Positions 40,088-49,917 of a stretch of 64,000 nucleotides of DNA are shown one piece after another. Source of the stretch: Candidatus Segatella intestinihominis (GTDB lineage Bacteria > Bacteroidota > Bacteroidia > Bacteroidales > Bacteroidaceae); the NCBI GenBank assembly GCA_900548535.1, contig URLG01000002.1, positions 25,711 through 89,710 on the forward strand, in the 5' to 3' direction. The notes under the pieces are model-generated. The model searched no databases. It had not been told where the DNA came from and was given only the letters and a program-made list of their open reading frames with translations. The position numbers and the translations under genes are program-made. Positions within the stretch are counted from its first letter, which is position 1. Each line of letters begins with the position of its first letter.

Positions 40088-42019
40088 ATGAGTTGGAAAG
40101 AAATCATCAAAAAGTGTCTTAGCGTGGCTTCCGCACCTATCCGTCGGAATGCCAACTTCTTCGTGTTCATGTATCTACTGGGCATGATTAGTTCCTTCGT
40201 GACGACACCTGTTAATGGAGCATTGTACGACAATCTGTTTCTCGAACTCTTTGTCGACCTCTATATCCTGTGTGCCATTCTCGCCCTGTTTCCGAGAAAA
40301 GTGCGCCTCTGCCTGCGTGCACTGCTATACATTATATTATATAGCACTGCGGCAGCCGACACTTATTGCTTTGTGAATTTCGGCTCCACGCTCAATCCTT
40401 CCATGTTGATGTTGGTGGGCGAGACCAACAGTTCGGAGGCTAGCAACTTCCTCTCAGCCCTCATCTCTGCCGAGGTCATCTTCAGCAGTGTGGGCTGGAT
40501 ATTGCTGTTGGCACTCATCCAGATGCTCATCGCCATCTTCCGTCGCCAGCTCATCAAGGTATACGTATTCCTCGTAACCTGCCTGGAGCTTGCCTCCATC
40601 AAGAAGCGCATCATGGCGATTCCTCGTATGACGGCAGCCATGCCAGCTAGCTTTGGCATTCTCTGCCTAGCACTGTTCATTGCCGGGCTTTGCACCTCTT
40701 GGCACAACAAGGCGGCGTTCCACAAGCTGATGACGGGCAAGACCATCGGCGAGGTGGAGCATACCTTGACGGAGAAAGACCATGCCGTGCTCTATCTGCC
40801 TATCTATCGACTCGACTTCAGCATCTACGCCAATCAATTGGCGGCACACCAGATTACCCAACTCATCCGTGCCGCCCACAGTGTCAAGGTGGATAGTTGC
40901 AGCTATCGTTCGCCTAACATCGTACTGATTATCGGCGAGAGCTTTGGTCGCCATCACTCCCAGCAGTATGGCTACTTCATGGAGACCACCCCACGCCAAG
41001 TGGCACTGGAGAAGACCCGCAAGCTCACCAAGTTTAGCGATGTGGTAACCTGCTGGAATCTCACCAGTTTCGTATTCAAGAACATGCTCTCCACCCATGT
41101 GGTGGGCGAGAAGGGAGAATGGTGCGACTATCCACTCTTCCCTGAGATATTCCGCAAGGCGGGCTACAACGTCACCTTCATCACCAACGAGTTCTTGCCA
41201 CAAGCCAAGGAGGCTGTCTATGACTTCAGCGGCGGTTTCTTCCTCAACAACCCAGAGCTGAGCAAACTCCAGTTCGACCACCGCAACACCCAGCTCCACG
41301 ACCTGGACGATGGGCTCTTGCAGGATTACGACGACAGCTTGAAGCAATACAGGACAGAGCACAATCTCACCATCTTCCACCTGATGGGACAGCACGTGAG
41401 CTACAACTTCCGCTATCGTGCCAACCAAGCCAAGTTCTGGGCTAGCAGCTATGAGGACAAGCGACCAGAGCTGAGCACCAAGCAGCGCAAGGTATTGAGC
41501 TATTACGACAATGCCACGCTCTACAACGACTCCATCGTGGCGCAGATAGTCAATAGATTCCGCAATGAGAATGCCATCGTCATCTATGTGCCCGACCATG
41601 GCGAGGAATGCTATGAGGAGAACCGAGGCTTCATCTGCCGCAACCATTCCGCCCAGATAGACTGGCCGCTGGCTCACTACGAGTTTGAGATACCTTTCTG
41701 GATCTACTGCTCACAGAAATACATCCGCACCCATCGCGACATCTATCGCCAGATACGTGCAGCCAAGGACAAGCGATATATGACCGATGCCCTGCCTCAC
41801 CTCTTGTTATATCTGGCTGGCATCGAGACTCCTACCTATAGAGAGGAGTACAACATCCTGAGCCCGAAATATAATGAGATGCGTCCTCGCATTCTGAAGA
41901 ACTCCGCCGATTACGACAAGCTCCGTGATGAGCATATCGCCAAAGAGAAAGCGAAGGAAGAAGCAAAGGAAGCACAAACAAAGAAGAATAAAAAGAAGAA
42001 AGGAAACAAGAAAAAATGA
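40088..42019 (+). CDS. Phosphoethanolamine transferase-like membrane sulfatase (EptA/YhbX family)
   Basis: N-terminal TM helices, VLIIGES, HLMGQH, YDNATLYND, DHGE. Confidence 0.85.
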   Translation: MSWKEIIKKCLSVASAPIRRNANFFVFMYLLGMISSFVTTPVNGALYDNLFLELFVDLYILCAILALFPRKVRLCLRALLYIILYSTAAADTYCFVNFGSTLNPSMLMLVGETNSSEASNFLSALISAEVIFSSVGWILLLALIQMLIAIFRRQLIKVYVFLVTCLELASIKKRIMAIPRMTAAMPASFGILCLALFIAGLCTSWHNKAAFHKLMTGKTIGEVEHTLTEKDHAVLYLPIYRLDFSIYANQLAAHQITQLIRAAHSVKVDSCSYRSPNIVLIIGESFGRHHSQQYGYFMETTPRQVALEKTRKLTKFSDVVTCWNLTSFVFKNMLSTHVVGEKGEWCDYPLFPEIFRKAGYNVTFITNEFLPQAKEAVYDFSGGFFLNNPELSKLQFDHRNTQLHDLDDGLLQDYDDSLKQYRTEHNLTIFHLMGQHVSYNFRYRANQAKFWASSYEDKRPELSTKQRKVLSYYDNATLYNDSIVAQIVNRFRNENAIVIYVPDHGEECYEENRGFICRNHSAQIDWPLAHYEFEIPFWIYCSQKYIRTHRDIYRQIRAAKDKRYMTDALPHLLLYLAGIETPTYREEYNILSPKYNEMRPRILKNSADYDKLRDEHIAKEKAKEEAKEAQTKKNKKKKGNKKK

Positions 42020-43146
42020 GAGAAAACACCCTATCCCGCCCTGCGTGCAATGCCCTGAGAGGCTTAGCCATCATCGGCATCTTCTTGCACAATTATTGCC
42101 ACTGGCTCGGTCCCATCGTCAAGGAGAACGAGTATCAGTACTTCCAGCACAATGTAGACTGGCTATGGCAGGTATGGCAGCATCCAGATTTGAATCTGCC
42201 CATCCACTTGCTGTCATTCTTCGGTCATTACGGAGTGCCTGTATTCCTCTTCCTCAGTGCCTACGGCTTGGTGATGAAGTATGAGGCAGGTCCTCGTCTT
42301 GCCTCATCCAGCCAGCAGTTTAGCATCTCGGGCAAGAGCCTGCTTAATTGGCGAGAGCCGCTGCGCTTCATCCGTTATCATTACCTGAAGCTCTTCAAGA
42401 TGATGATTGTGGGATTCGCCGCCTTCACCATGCTCGATTTCATCACGCCGGGGGCTCACCATTATGATGCCCTTGACATCGTGGCAATGCTGGGCATGTT
42501 TAATAATGTATTGCCCGATCCCGACCGCATCATTTGGCCAGGTCCTTATTGGTTCTTCGGTTTGATGTTGCAGCTCTACATCGTGTATCGTCTCTTCATC
42601 TACCGCCGCCATTGGGGATATACCGTTACGCTGATGGCGATATGCATAGCCATCCAGCTGGTGTTGGGATTCGACAATCCTGAGAGTGAGGCGATGAACC
42701 GCTACCGCTACAATTTCATGGGCGGTATGCTGCCATTCGGCCTCGGCATTCTCTATGCCCGCTATGGTGAGAAGGTATTGATGACTTTCCATTCTCCTGT
42801 AACCAATGTCTTCGGTTGCATCTTCTGCCTCTCGCTCATTTTCAGTCTCAGCGGCAGCATGTTGGGCTGGACCTTCGTGCCTTTCTTCATCTGCCTGCTG
42901 TGTGTCTTAGTAGCCGAGATACTAGAAAATACGCCGTGGCTCTCAGGCATCTACAAGGTATTGGCATGGATGGGCAGCATATCTGCCGCTCTCTTCATCA
43001 TCCATCCAGGGGCTAGAAAGATATTCATCCCTATCAGCCGCCGTGGCGACATCTATGCCGGCTTATTGCTTTACATCATTGCCAGCATCTGCTTAGCTTG
43101 GCTCTTCACCCAACTAATGAAGAAAATTCCGAATCCGAAGTACTAA
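42016..43146 (+). CDS. Acyltransferase family 3 membrane protein
   Basis: LRGLAIIGIFLH, GVPVFLFLSAYGL, YWF. Confidence 0.85.
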   Translation: MRENTLSRPACNALRGLAIIGIFLHNYCHWLGPIVKENEYQYFQHNVDWLWQVWQHPDLNLPIHLLSFFGHYGVPVFLFLSAYGLVMKYEAGPRLASSSQQFSISGKSLLNWREPLRFIRYHYLKLFKMMIVGFAAFTMLDFITPGAHHYDALDIVAMLGMFNNVLPDPDRIIWPGPYWFFGLMLQLYIVYRLFIYRRHWGYTVTLMAICIAIQLVLGFDNPESEAMNRYRYNFMGGMLPFGLGILYARYGEKVLMTFHSPVTNVFGCIFCLSLIFSLSGSMLGWTFVPFFICLLCVLVAEILENTPWLSGIYKVLAWMGSISAALFIIHPGARKIFIPISRRGDIYAGLLLYIIASICLAWLFTQLMKKIPNPKY

Positions 43147-43208
43147 AACAGGAGGAAGATACTAACAATAAGGGGAGAAAGAACTAAGAATAGAGGGTGA
43201 AAGAACAC

Positions 43209-43316
43209 GTTCCTCAAGTCGGCTGACTAGGCTCATCCAATCGGATGACGGGAGTCATCCAAACGTACGACTAGGCTCGTCCAAACGGATGACCCTAGTC
43301 AACCGACTTGAGGAAT
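43209..43316. repeat. Palindromic element with 29-bp terminal inverted repeats and internal 22-bp units (MITE/REP-like)
   Basis: 43210..43238 versus the reverse complement of 43287..43315 shows 2 mismatches; GAC-starting units at 43225, 43247, 43269 and 43291. Confidence 0.8.
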
Positions 43317-43471
43317 AGTATTTTCTCCCTCCTCACCCAGTATTTCTTGCGGATAGCCAACCGTATAGTTTGGTATTATTACAATTTCCAATAAGAAAAT
43401 TAGGCTTTTTCTATCGTAATATCGTTTTTTTTGTGTACTTTTGCATCTAAGTATATAAATAAACCAGCAAC

Positions 43472-44479
43472 ATGTACAAGATAAAAGATATAGAACTGGC
43501 GAATATTAGCCGATTCAGAGGCGAGTTGATGGGGACGGCGATGCTCTTCATCATCCTCTTCCATGTGGCACTGCCAAGGGACGATATGTTCTACGGATTG
43601 CGCCGCATGGGCAATGTGGGCGTGGATATGTTTCTATTCCTCAGCGGCATCGGCTTGTGGTTTTCGTGGATGAAGACGCCCTCGGCTAGGCACTTCTTCA
43701 TCCGCCGTTACCTGCGTATCTATCCTACGTGGCTCATCATCGCCTGCCTCTTCTATATCCCGCAGTTTCATGGCGGAAGCCTATGGAACTGGATCAATCT
43801 CTTCGGAGAAATCAGCATCAACTGGGGATTCTGGCTGCACGATGAGCTCAACTTCTGGTATATTCCTGCCACGATGATGCTCTATTGCTTTGCCCCAGCC
43901 TATATGGAACTCATCAAGCGGCACCCCATCTACCGTTGGTTGCCCGTGGTGATGATCATGTGGTGCATACTGGTGGAATATGTTACGCCGATACACCAAG
44001 CCGTGGGACATCTGGAGATATTCTGGAGCCGAGTGCCAATCTTCTTTATCGGCATCAACATGGGCGAGATGGTTAGGCAGAAGCAGACGCTCGATGGTGC
44101 CTCCATCTGGATGATGTGGCTGATGTTCCTGATGACGCTCCTGGCTAGTATCTTCCTGGAGCAGGAGAAGCACGGCATGTTTCCGCTCTTCCTGGAGCGC
44201 ATGCTCTATATCCCGCTCACCATCACGAGCATCTTGCTCTTGAATCGCGTCTTCCGCCGCACGCCGCATTGGTTCAACCGGGGCTTTATGTTTGTGGGAG
44301 CCTTGAGCCTGGAGTGTTACCTCATCCACATCCATTTCGTGCTGCAATACATCGAGCGAGAGCATTGGGGCTATTGGCCCACCTTCTTCGTCTGCATCGC
44401 CATCACCCTACCATTGGCATGGCTCTTGAGCAAGATAGCAGGCTGGATATCCAAGGAATTATCTAAGATTATCAAATGA
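43472..44479 (+). CDS. Acyltransferase family 3 membrane protein
   Basis: ISRFRGELMG, GVDMFLFLSGIGL, RRYLRIYP, WYI. -7 element TACTTTTG at 43436..43443. Confidence 0.85.
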   Translation: MYKIKDIELANISRFRGELMGTAMLFIILFHVALPRDDMFYGLRRMGNVGVDMFLFLSGIGLWFSWMKTPSARHFFIRRYLRIYPTWLIIACLFYIPQFHGGSLWNWINLFGEISINWGFWLHDELNFWYIPATMMLYCFAPAYMELIKRHPIYRWLPVVMIMWCILVEYVTPIHQAVGHLEIFWSRVPIFFIGINMGEMVRQKQTLDGASIWMMWLMFLMTLLASIFLEQEKHGMFPLFLERMLYIPLTITSILLLNRVFRRTPHWFNRGFMFVGALSLECYLIHIHFVLQYIEREHWGYWPTFFVCIAITLPLAWLLSKIAGWISKELSKIIK

Positions 44480-45393
44480 CATCCAATATGAACGAGAATA
44501 AAATGAAAGATAGCAAGGGCTTCGGGGCTTTGATGCGCCTCATTCGCCCGAAACAATGGATCAAGAATGGATTCGTGTTCGTGCCATTATTCTTTGGCGG
44601 AGCCCTTTTCCATATCGATGCCTTGGTGGCAGGACTGGTAACATTCTTCGCCTTCAGCTTTGCGGCATCAAGCATCTATTGCTTCAACGACATCTTTGAT
44701 GTGGAGGCTGACCGCCGTCACCCAGTGAAGTGCCATCGTCCGATAGCATCGGGAGCGGTGAGCATCAAGCAGGCTTACGCATTGATGCTCATCATGTTTG
44801 CTCTGTCCATGGGCATTTGCTGCCTGCTGGGGTCGCTGGAGACCATCGGCATCATCGCCTTCTACTGGCTTCTGAACCTGGGCTATTGCGCCAAACTGAA
44901 GCAGTATGCCATCATCGATGTATGCGTGGTGGCATTCGGATTTGTACTCCGCTTGCTGGCAGGAGGTGTGTCTACGCATATCATGCTGAGTAAATGGATT
45001 GTGCTGATGACCTTCCTCATCACGCTCTTCATGAGCTTTGCCAAGCGCCGAGACGATGTGGTGAGAATGGAGAAGACGGGCGAGGCTCCTCGCAAGAACA
45101 CCATTCGCTACAATCTCACCTTCATCAACCAGGCTATCACTATCACAGCCTCGGTTACGCTGGTGTGCTACATCATGTATACCGTGAGCCCTGAGGTCAT
45201 CGAGAATTTCCATACAGAGAATCTCTATCTGACGAGTGTATTCGTATTGGTGGGCCTGCTGCGCTACATCCAGATAGCCGTAGTGGATGAGCAGAGCGGT
45301 GACCCAACGAAGATTATCCTCCGCGACCGCATCACCCAGTTTATCGTGCTGGCTTGGTTGCTCTCATTCCTATTCCTCATTTACATCGTATAA
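44476..45393 (+). CDS. UbiA-family polyprenyl-phosphate 5-phosphoribosyltransferase (DPPR synthase-like)
   Basis: RPKQWIKN, YCFNDIFDVEADRRHPVKCHRPIASG, KRRDD, GDPT: hallmarks of the decaprenyl-phosphate phosphoribosyltransferase subfamily. Confidence 0.88.
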   Translation: MTSNMNENKMKDSKGFGALMRLIRPKQWIKNGFVFVPLFFGGALFHIDALVAGLVTFFAFSFAASSIYCFNDIFDVEADRRHPVKCHRPIASGAVSIKQAYALMLIMFALSMGICCLLGSLETIGIIAFYWLLNLGYCAKLKQYAIIDVCVVAFGFVLRLLAGGVSTHIMLSKWIVLMTFLITLFMSFAKRRDDVVRMEKTGEAPRKNTIRYNLTFINQAITITASVTLVCYIMYTVSPEVIENFHTENLYLTSVFVLVGLLRYIQIAVVDEQSGDPTKIILRDRITQFIVLAWLLSFLFLIYIV

Positions 45394-45396
45394 GGT

Positions 45397-45999
45397 ATGA
45401 AAAAACTATATTGTTTTGATTTCGACGGGACATTGACCACGAGCGATACTTTGCTCGAATTTATCAAATACGCCAAGGGCAATGGTCGCTTCTGGATGAC
45501 ATTCTTGATGTATAGCCCACTGTTGGTACTGATGAAACTCCATCTTTATCCCAACTGGAAGGCAAAGCAGAAGATCTTCGCTTATCTCTTTGCTGGTATG
45601 CGCATCGAGAAGTTTGATGCCCTGTGCCGTGAGTTTGCCGAGGAGAAGCAACATTTGCTCCGTCCGCAGGGCATTCAGAAAGTGCATGAGGCCATCAACG
45701 AAGGAGCTGAGGTATTCATCGTGAGTGCCAGCATTGACAACTGGGTGAGCCCCTTCTTCCAAGTGCGCGGTTTGGACGGCATTCAGGTATTGGGCACTCA
45801 GGTAGAAACCGAAGGCGGCATCTTGACCGGTCGTTTCAAGACCAAGAACTGCTATGGTGCAGAGAAGATAAACCGCATCTGCCAGGCTTTGCCGGACGCC
45901 CCAGAGCAATACGAAATAGAAGCTTATGGTGACAGCTGTGGCGACAAGGAGATGTTAGCCTTTGCGGGCAAGGGCCACTACAAGCCATTCAGAGATTAA
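45397..45999 (+). CDS. HAD-IB family phosphatase
   Basis: FDFDGTLT, VSAS, NCYGAEK, AYGDS.GD. Confidence 0.88.
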   Translation: MKKLYCFDFDGTLTTSDTLLEFIKYAKGNGRFWMTFLMYSPLLVLMKLHLYPNWKAKQKIFAYLFAGMRIEKFDALCREFAEEKQHLLRPQGIQKVHEAINEGAEVFIVSASIDNWVSPFFQVRGLDGIQVLGTQVETEGGILTGRFKTKNCYGAEKINRICQALPDAPEQYEIEAYGDSCGDKEMLAFAGKGHYKPFRD

Positions 46000-46008
46000 G
46001 AACAAGAT

Positions 46009-46983
46009 ATGATGCAAAAACAAAGAAATACAGACCTCGACTTCATCAGAGCCGTACTCATCATGCTCATGATATTGATACATATCGTGAGTTTTGGCAA
46101 TGCCTACCCCCATCTCAAGGCTGGCATCTTGTCGTTTATGATGCCTACCTTCCTGATAATCACGGGTTATCTGGTGAATATAGAGAAGTCTTGGAAGCAG
46201 ATGGGCAAGTATCTGCTCTGTCTCGCCCTGCCCTACGTGATTATGGTGACGGGATATAGCATTCTGTCCTACTATATGCCCGTAAGGGATGGCATTACCG
46301 ATCTATCCATCAGCCAAATATGCGAGAAGATCTTTGTTACTTCCATCGGTCCATATTGGTTTATCCAGACGATGATTATCTGCGGGGCACTCTATTATCT
46401 CAGCTTCAAATGCATCAGATGGGATGGTATGAGAATGGGTGGGCAAGAGCATTGCAAGCACAACAGCTTGGTAGCCTTTGCCCTCATGCTGGTACTGGTA
46501 TCGCTCACTCCCGCCCTATCAACCACTGCTGCCGCATACTATTTCATCGGAGTGGTCATCCGGCAGAGCAAGGCGGAATTTAGCAAGATATTCCGTCCCT
46601 CCTATGTTGCCATTTGGCTATGGGCTCTCATATTGCTGAAAGAGGATAGGTATAACTGGGCATACATTGCCGTCATCTTCTCTTGCTGGTGCTGCATCTC
46701 CACGCTGATGTGGGTGCGCGGTACGTTATCAGTCTTCAAACTGGGCAAGATAGACTCCACCTTATTATATATAGGGCGCAATACGCTGCCCATCTATCTC
46801 TTTCACCCCATCTTCACGATGGCAGCCAAGTTCTATCATCCCCTCTTCGGTTGGGATTCATCGGAGATAGCATTTGCCCTCTTCACCGTGGTACTAGCCA
46901 TTGTGGGCAGCATCGGTATCGCCAAACTGATGGAGATGACCCACACGGCAGTGATTTTCGGCAAAGAAAAGATATTGAGATAA
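46009..46983 (+). CDS. Acyltransferase family 3 membrane protein
   Basis: RNTDLDFIRAVLI..H, FMMPTFLIITGY, YWF, IGRNTLPIYLFH. Confidence 0.85.
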   Translation: MMQKQRNTDLDFIRAVLIMLMILIHIVSFGNAYPHLKAGILSFMMPTFLIITGYLVNIEKSWKQMGKYLLCLALPYVIMVTGYSILSYYMPVRDGITDLSISQICEKIFVTSIGPYWFIQTMIICGALYYLSFKCIRWDGMRMGGQEHCKHNSLVAFALMLVLVSLTPALSTTAAAYYFIGVVIRQSKAEFSKIFRPSYVAIWLWALILLKEDRYNWAYIAVIFSCWCCISTLMWVRGTLSVFKLGKIDSTLLYIGRNTLPIYLFHPIFTMAAKFYHPLFGWDSSEIAFALFTVVLAIVGSIGIAKLMEMTHTAVIFGKEKILR

Positions 46984-47004
46984 AACTAAAGAAAAAGAAA
47001 GACA

Positions 47005-47442
47005 ATGAACATCAAGCAAAAGATAAACAATATGGACGAAGCCAAGCGCCAGAAACTGGGCGAAGTGGTGAGATTCGGCATCGTGGGCGGACTAGCCACC
47101 GTGCTGCAATACGTCATCTATCTAGCCATGATGCCTGTATTGGCACACTTCATTCCGAAGATGGGCGACCACACCTTGGCTACCACCTCCAATACCATCG
47201 CCTATGTGGTGAGCTTCATCTTCAATTTCATCGCCAGCACCCGATATACCTTCAAGGTGAAGGCGAATGCCAAGCGCGGTGCGGGTTTCACGCTATCCCA
47301 CGTGGTGAATTACTCCATGCAGACCCTCTGCCTCAATCTCATCGTAGGCTTGGGTATGCTGAAACAGTGGGCGATGATCCCCACACTCTGCATCTGCATC
47401 CCCATCAACTTCTTGCTTGTAAGGTTTTTCCTCAAAAAATAA
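47005..47442 (+). CDS. GtrA family small flippase-like protein
   Basis: VRFGIVGGLAT, NF....YTF, 4 TM. Confidence 0.88.
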   Translation: MNIKQKINNMDEAKRQKLGEVVRFGIVGGLATVLQYVIYLAMMPVLAHFIPKMGDHTLATTSNTIAYVVSFIFNFIASTRYTFKVKANAKRGAGFTLSHVVNYSMQTLCLNLIVGLGMLKQWAMIPTLCICIPINFLLVRFFLKK

Positions 47443-47453
47443 CATCACAGACA

Positions 47454-48857
47454 ATGAAAAAGATATTCCATATATTCCAGATCAAGAAAGAGGAGAGATG
47501 GCTCGCCGCCTTCATCTTCTTGGTACTTGCCGTGCTCAATGGCTTGGTGATATGCCATTATTACGACCTTTTCACCCCTATCAGCGACCATTACTACGGC
47601 ACATTCATCAAGAACTTCCACATCTCGGGCTTCGACCCACTCACCTATTATGTGCTGAGCAACTGGGAGACATCTTATAATGTATATCGCCACCCACTCT
47701 TGGCATTCTACATGTACATTCCATATCTGCTGAACATGGGATTGATGCAAATAACAGGCCTCAACTGCGCCCTCTTCATCGCCGTGGCAATGCAGCTGTT
47801 CTGCGCCTTCTACTCCTGCATCTTCATGTATCGCATCTTCCGAGAGGTCATCGAACTGAGCCAGTGGGCAGCCCACATCTTTACGCTTTTCTTCCTCAGC
47901 ATCGGCTATGTGCTGGTAACGAGCATCGTACCCGACCACTTCATCATCTCGATGTTCCTGCTCATCCTTGCCCTCTACATCTCTGGGCGCAGAATGAAGA
48001 ACCATCACCCCTTCAAGATATGGCAGAGCATCCTCTACTTCCTGCTCACTGCGGGCACCTCGCTCAATAACGGCTTGAAGATATTCTTCTCCGCCCTCTT
48101 CGTCAATGGCAAGGGTTTCTTCCGTCCTAAGCATCTGCTGCTTGCGGTCATCCTGCCTGCCGCCCTATTGTGGGGCTTCTGTAGATGGGAATACAAGACC
48201 TTCGTATGGCCTAAGGAGATGCAGAAGAAGGAGATGAGAGCCCAGAGGAAAGCCAAACTGCAAAAACAAAAGCAACTGCTAGCCCTCCATGATACAGCTC
48301 ATCAAGCAAAAGACCAAGTAGCCAAGCCCGTCAAGAAAAAAGCCGTAAGAAAAGTGGGCCATCCATTCATGTCTGGCGAATTTATGGGTTGGACCGATGC
48401 TACCACACAGCGAGAAGCCAGCATCGTGGAGAATCTCTTTGGCGAAGGCATCCAGTTGCACCAAGACCATCTCTTGGAAGATGAATTGCGCCATCGCCCG
48501 ATGATCGTGAAATATCGCCATTGGGAGAACTACGCCGTGGAGGCAATCATTGGCATCCTCTTCGTGCTGGGCATCATCATGGGCAGGAAGAGCAAGTTCC
48601 TTTGGCTCGTGATGTCTTACTTTGCGCTCGATATGCTGCTCCACATCGGCTTGGGCTTCGGCATCAACGAGGTATACATCATGACAGCCCACTGGATATA
48701 CGCCGTGCCTATCGCCATCGCCTTCGTATGGAAGGGTACGCCGAGCCGAGGCAAGGGCTATGTAGCCCTGCTCATCTGGGTATTGGCACTCTATCTATTG
48801 GTATATAACGGCAACCTCATCTTCAAGTATCTAGCATGGCGCTTTATTAATTCTTAA
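47454..48857 (+). CDS. Polytopic membrane protein, DUF6080-like, putative GT-C glycosyltransferase (copy A)
   Basis: Start MKKIFHIF at 47454. About 10 TM; SGFD, RHPL, PDHF, ENLFGEGIQLHQ, GLGFGINEVYIM.AHW shared with 51047..52384. Confidence 0.75.
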   Translation: MKKIFHIFQIKKEERWLAAFIFLVLAVLNGLVICHYYDLFTPISDHYYGTFIKNFHISGFDPLTYYVLSNWETSYNVYRHPLLAFYMYIPYLLNMGLMQITGLNCALFIAVAMQLFCAFYSCIFMYRIFREVIELSQWAAHIFTLFFLSIGYVLVTSIVPDHFIISMFLLILALYISGRRMKNHHPFKIWQSILYFLLTAGTSLNNGLKIFFSALFVNGKGFFRPKHLLLAVILPAALLWGFCRWEYKTFVWPKEMQKKEMRAQRKAKLQKQKQLLALHDTAHQAKDQVAKPVKKKAVRKVGHPFMSGEFMGWTDATTQREASIVENLFGEGIQLHQDHLLEDELRHRPMIVKYRHWENYAVEAIIGILFVLGIIMGRKSKFLWLVMSYFALDMLLHIGLGFGINEVYIMTAHWIYAVPIAIAFVWKGTPSRGKGYVALLIWVLALYLLVYNGNLIFKYLAWRFINS

Positions 48858-48860
48858 TTA

Positions 48861-49886
48861 TCAAACGTGTCTGTCTCTTCCCAACCATTTATTAATCCTG
48901 CGGCGGATAGCCTTGGTGATAATCTTGAAGTTGCCATACTTCAGGTTGAGGATGAGTTCTTCCAGTGAGCGAGTCACCTTGATGCCAGGATGTCCCCAAG
49001 CATGATTCTTGTAGACTCGCTCCTTATATTCCACATTCTCTATGACATAACGAGGATGCTTCAGCGGGAAAGCCAACTCATGGCGACCCATCGTAAAGAT
49101 ACGGCGATAACCACGTGGGGTGGTCTTCATACTGCCAGAAAAATGGGTGGAGTCTTCTGAGAGACCGAGATTGTTGATGAGATTCTTCGTTGGCATGATG
49201 GCTAAGCCCGACTGCAACAGCATGAAAGCCCAAAAGATGCTCTCATAATACTCCTTGCCACTCTGCTGATGCTCTCGGCACATCCGCTCAAAATCGCTGC
49301 GATAGCCACGCTGCTTGCACAGACGGCGCAAAGTTTGCATCGCCTTCTTATCCTGCAAGAAGGCATAGTCGCCCTCCCACTTGTCTACCACTCTGCGCCA
49401 GGAAGCCCAGCCCCAGATGCTAAACACGGAGGTAAAGAAGTAGCTATCTTCGCAATCAGCCGACACCTCATCCTCATTAAAACCAGCTATCATGGCTATG
49501 CGCTCATCATGCTCATAGCGATCGAGCATCTCCTTACAGAAAGGGAAGAACGACTGCGATGGCACATCGTCATCCTCTAGAACGATGCACTTATCCACCA
49601 TAGAGAAAGCCCACTTCTGAGATAGATATTCCGAAGGATCGCAACCTTGGTTTTTGGTCTGGTAAGCACGATGCACCTCACACTCCCAGTCGATGTTCTC
49701 ATCACTGGCTATCTGTCGGCATGCCTCCACGCCCGGCATATCTCGCTCGCCACGAGGTCCATCCTGATAGAGGAACAATTTGGCAGGACGAGCCTTCTTC
49801 ACCTCGTCGAACACCTTTTGGAAATGGTCGGGCCTATTGAAGAACAACATCAATACGGCAACATCTATCTTAGCTGACTGTTTCAT
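48861..49886 (-). CDS. GT-A fold glycosyltransferase (HlpA-like family)
   Basis: FFNRPD, QDGPR, NQGC, IVLEDD, WGWASWRR, NLINNLG. Confidence 0.78.
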   Translation of the reverse strand: MKQSAKIDVAVLMLFFNRPDHFQKVFDEVKKARPAKLFLYQDGPRGERDMPGVEACRQIASDENIDWECEVHRAYQTKNQGCDPSEYLSQKWAFSMVDKCIVLEDDDVPSQSFFPFCKEMLDRYEHDERIAMIAGFNEDEVSADCEDSYFFTSVFSIWGWASWRRVVDKWEGDYAFLQDKKAMQTLRRLCKQRGYRSDFERMCREHQQSGKEYYESIFWAFMLLQSGLAIMPTKNLINNLGLSEDSTHFSGSMKTTPRGYRRIFTMGRHELAFPLKHPRYVIENVEYKERVYKNHAWGHPGIKVTRSLEELILNLKYGNFKIITKAIRRRINKWLGRDRHV

Positions 49887-49917
49887 ATTTCTTTTTATAT
49901 GTTGGAAAAGAATATTC

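Noticed and set aside
43209..43316. Possible CRISPR array
   Set aside because: Units are contiguous and degenerate with no unique spacers, and no cas genes are present.
46683..47453. N-terminal extension making a 724-aa ORF
   Set aside because: It overlaps the acyltransferase and gtrA genes in another frame; paralog B shows the real start is 47454.
48861..49886. Hemolysin call for the HlpA-like protein
   Set aside because: GT-A motifs and glycan context favour a glycosyltransferase.
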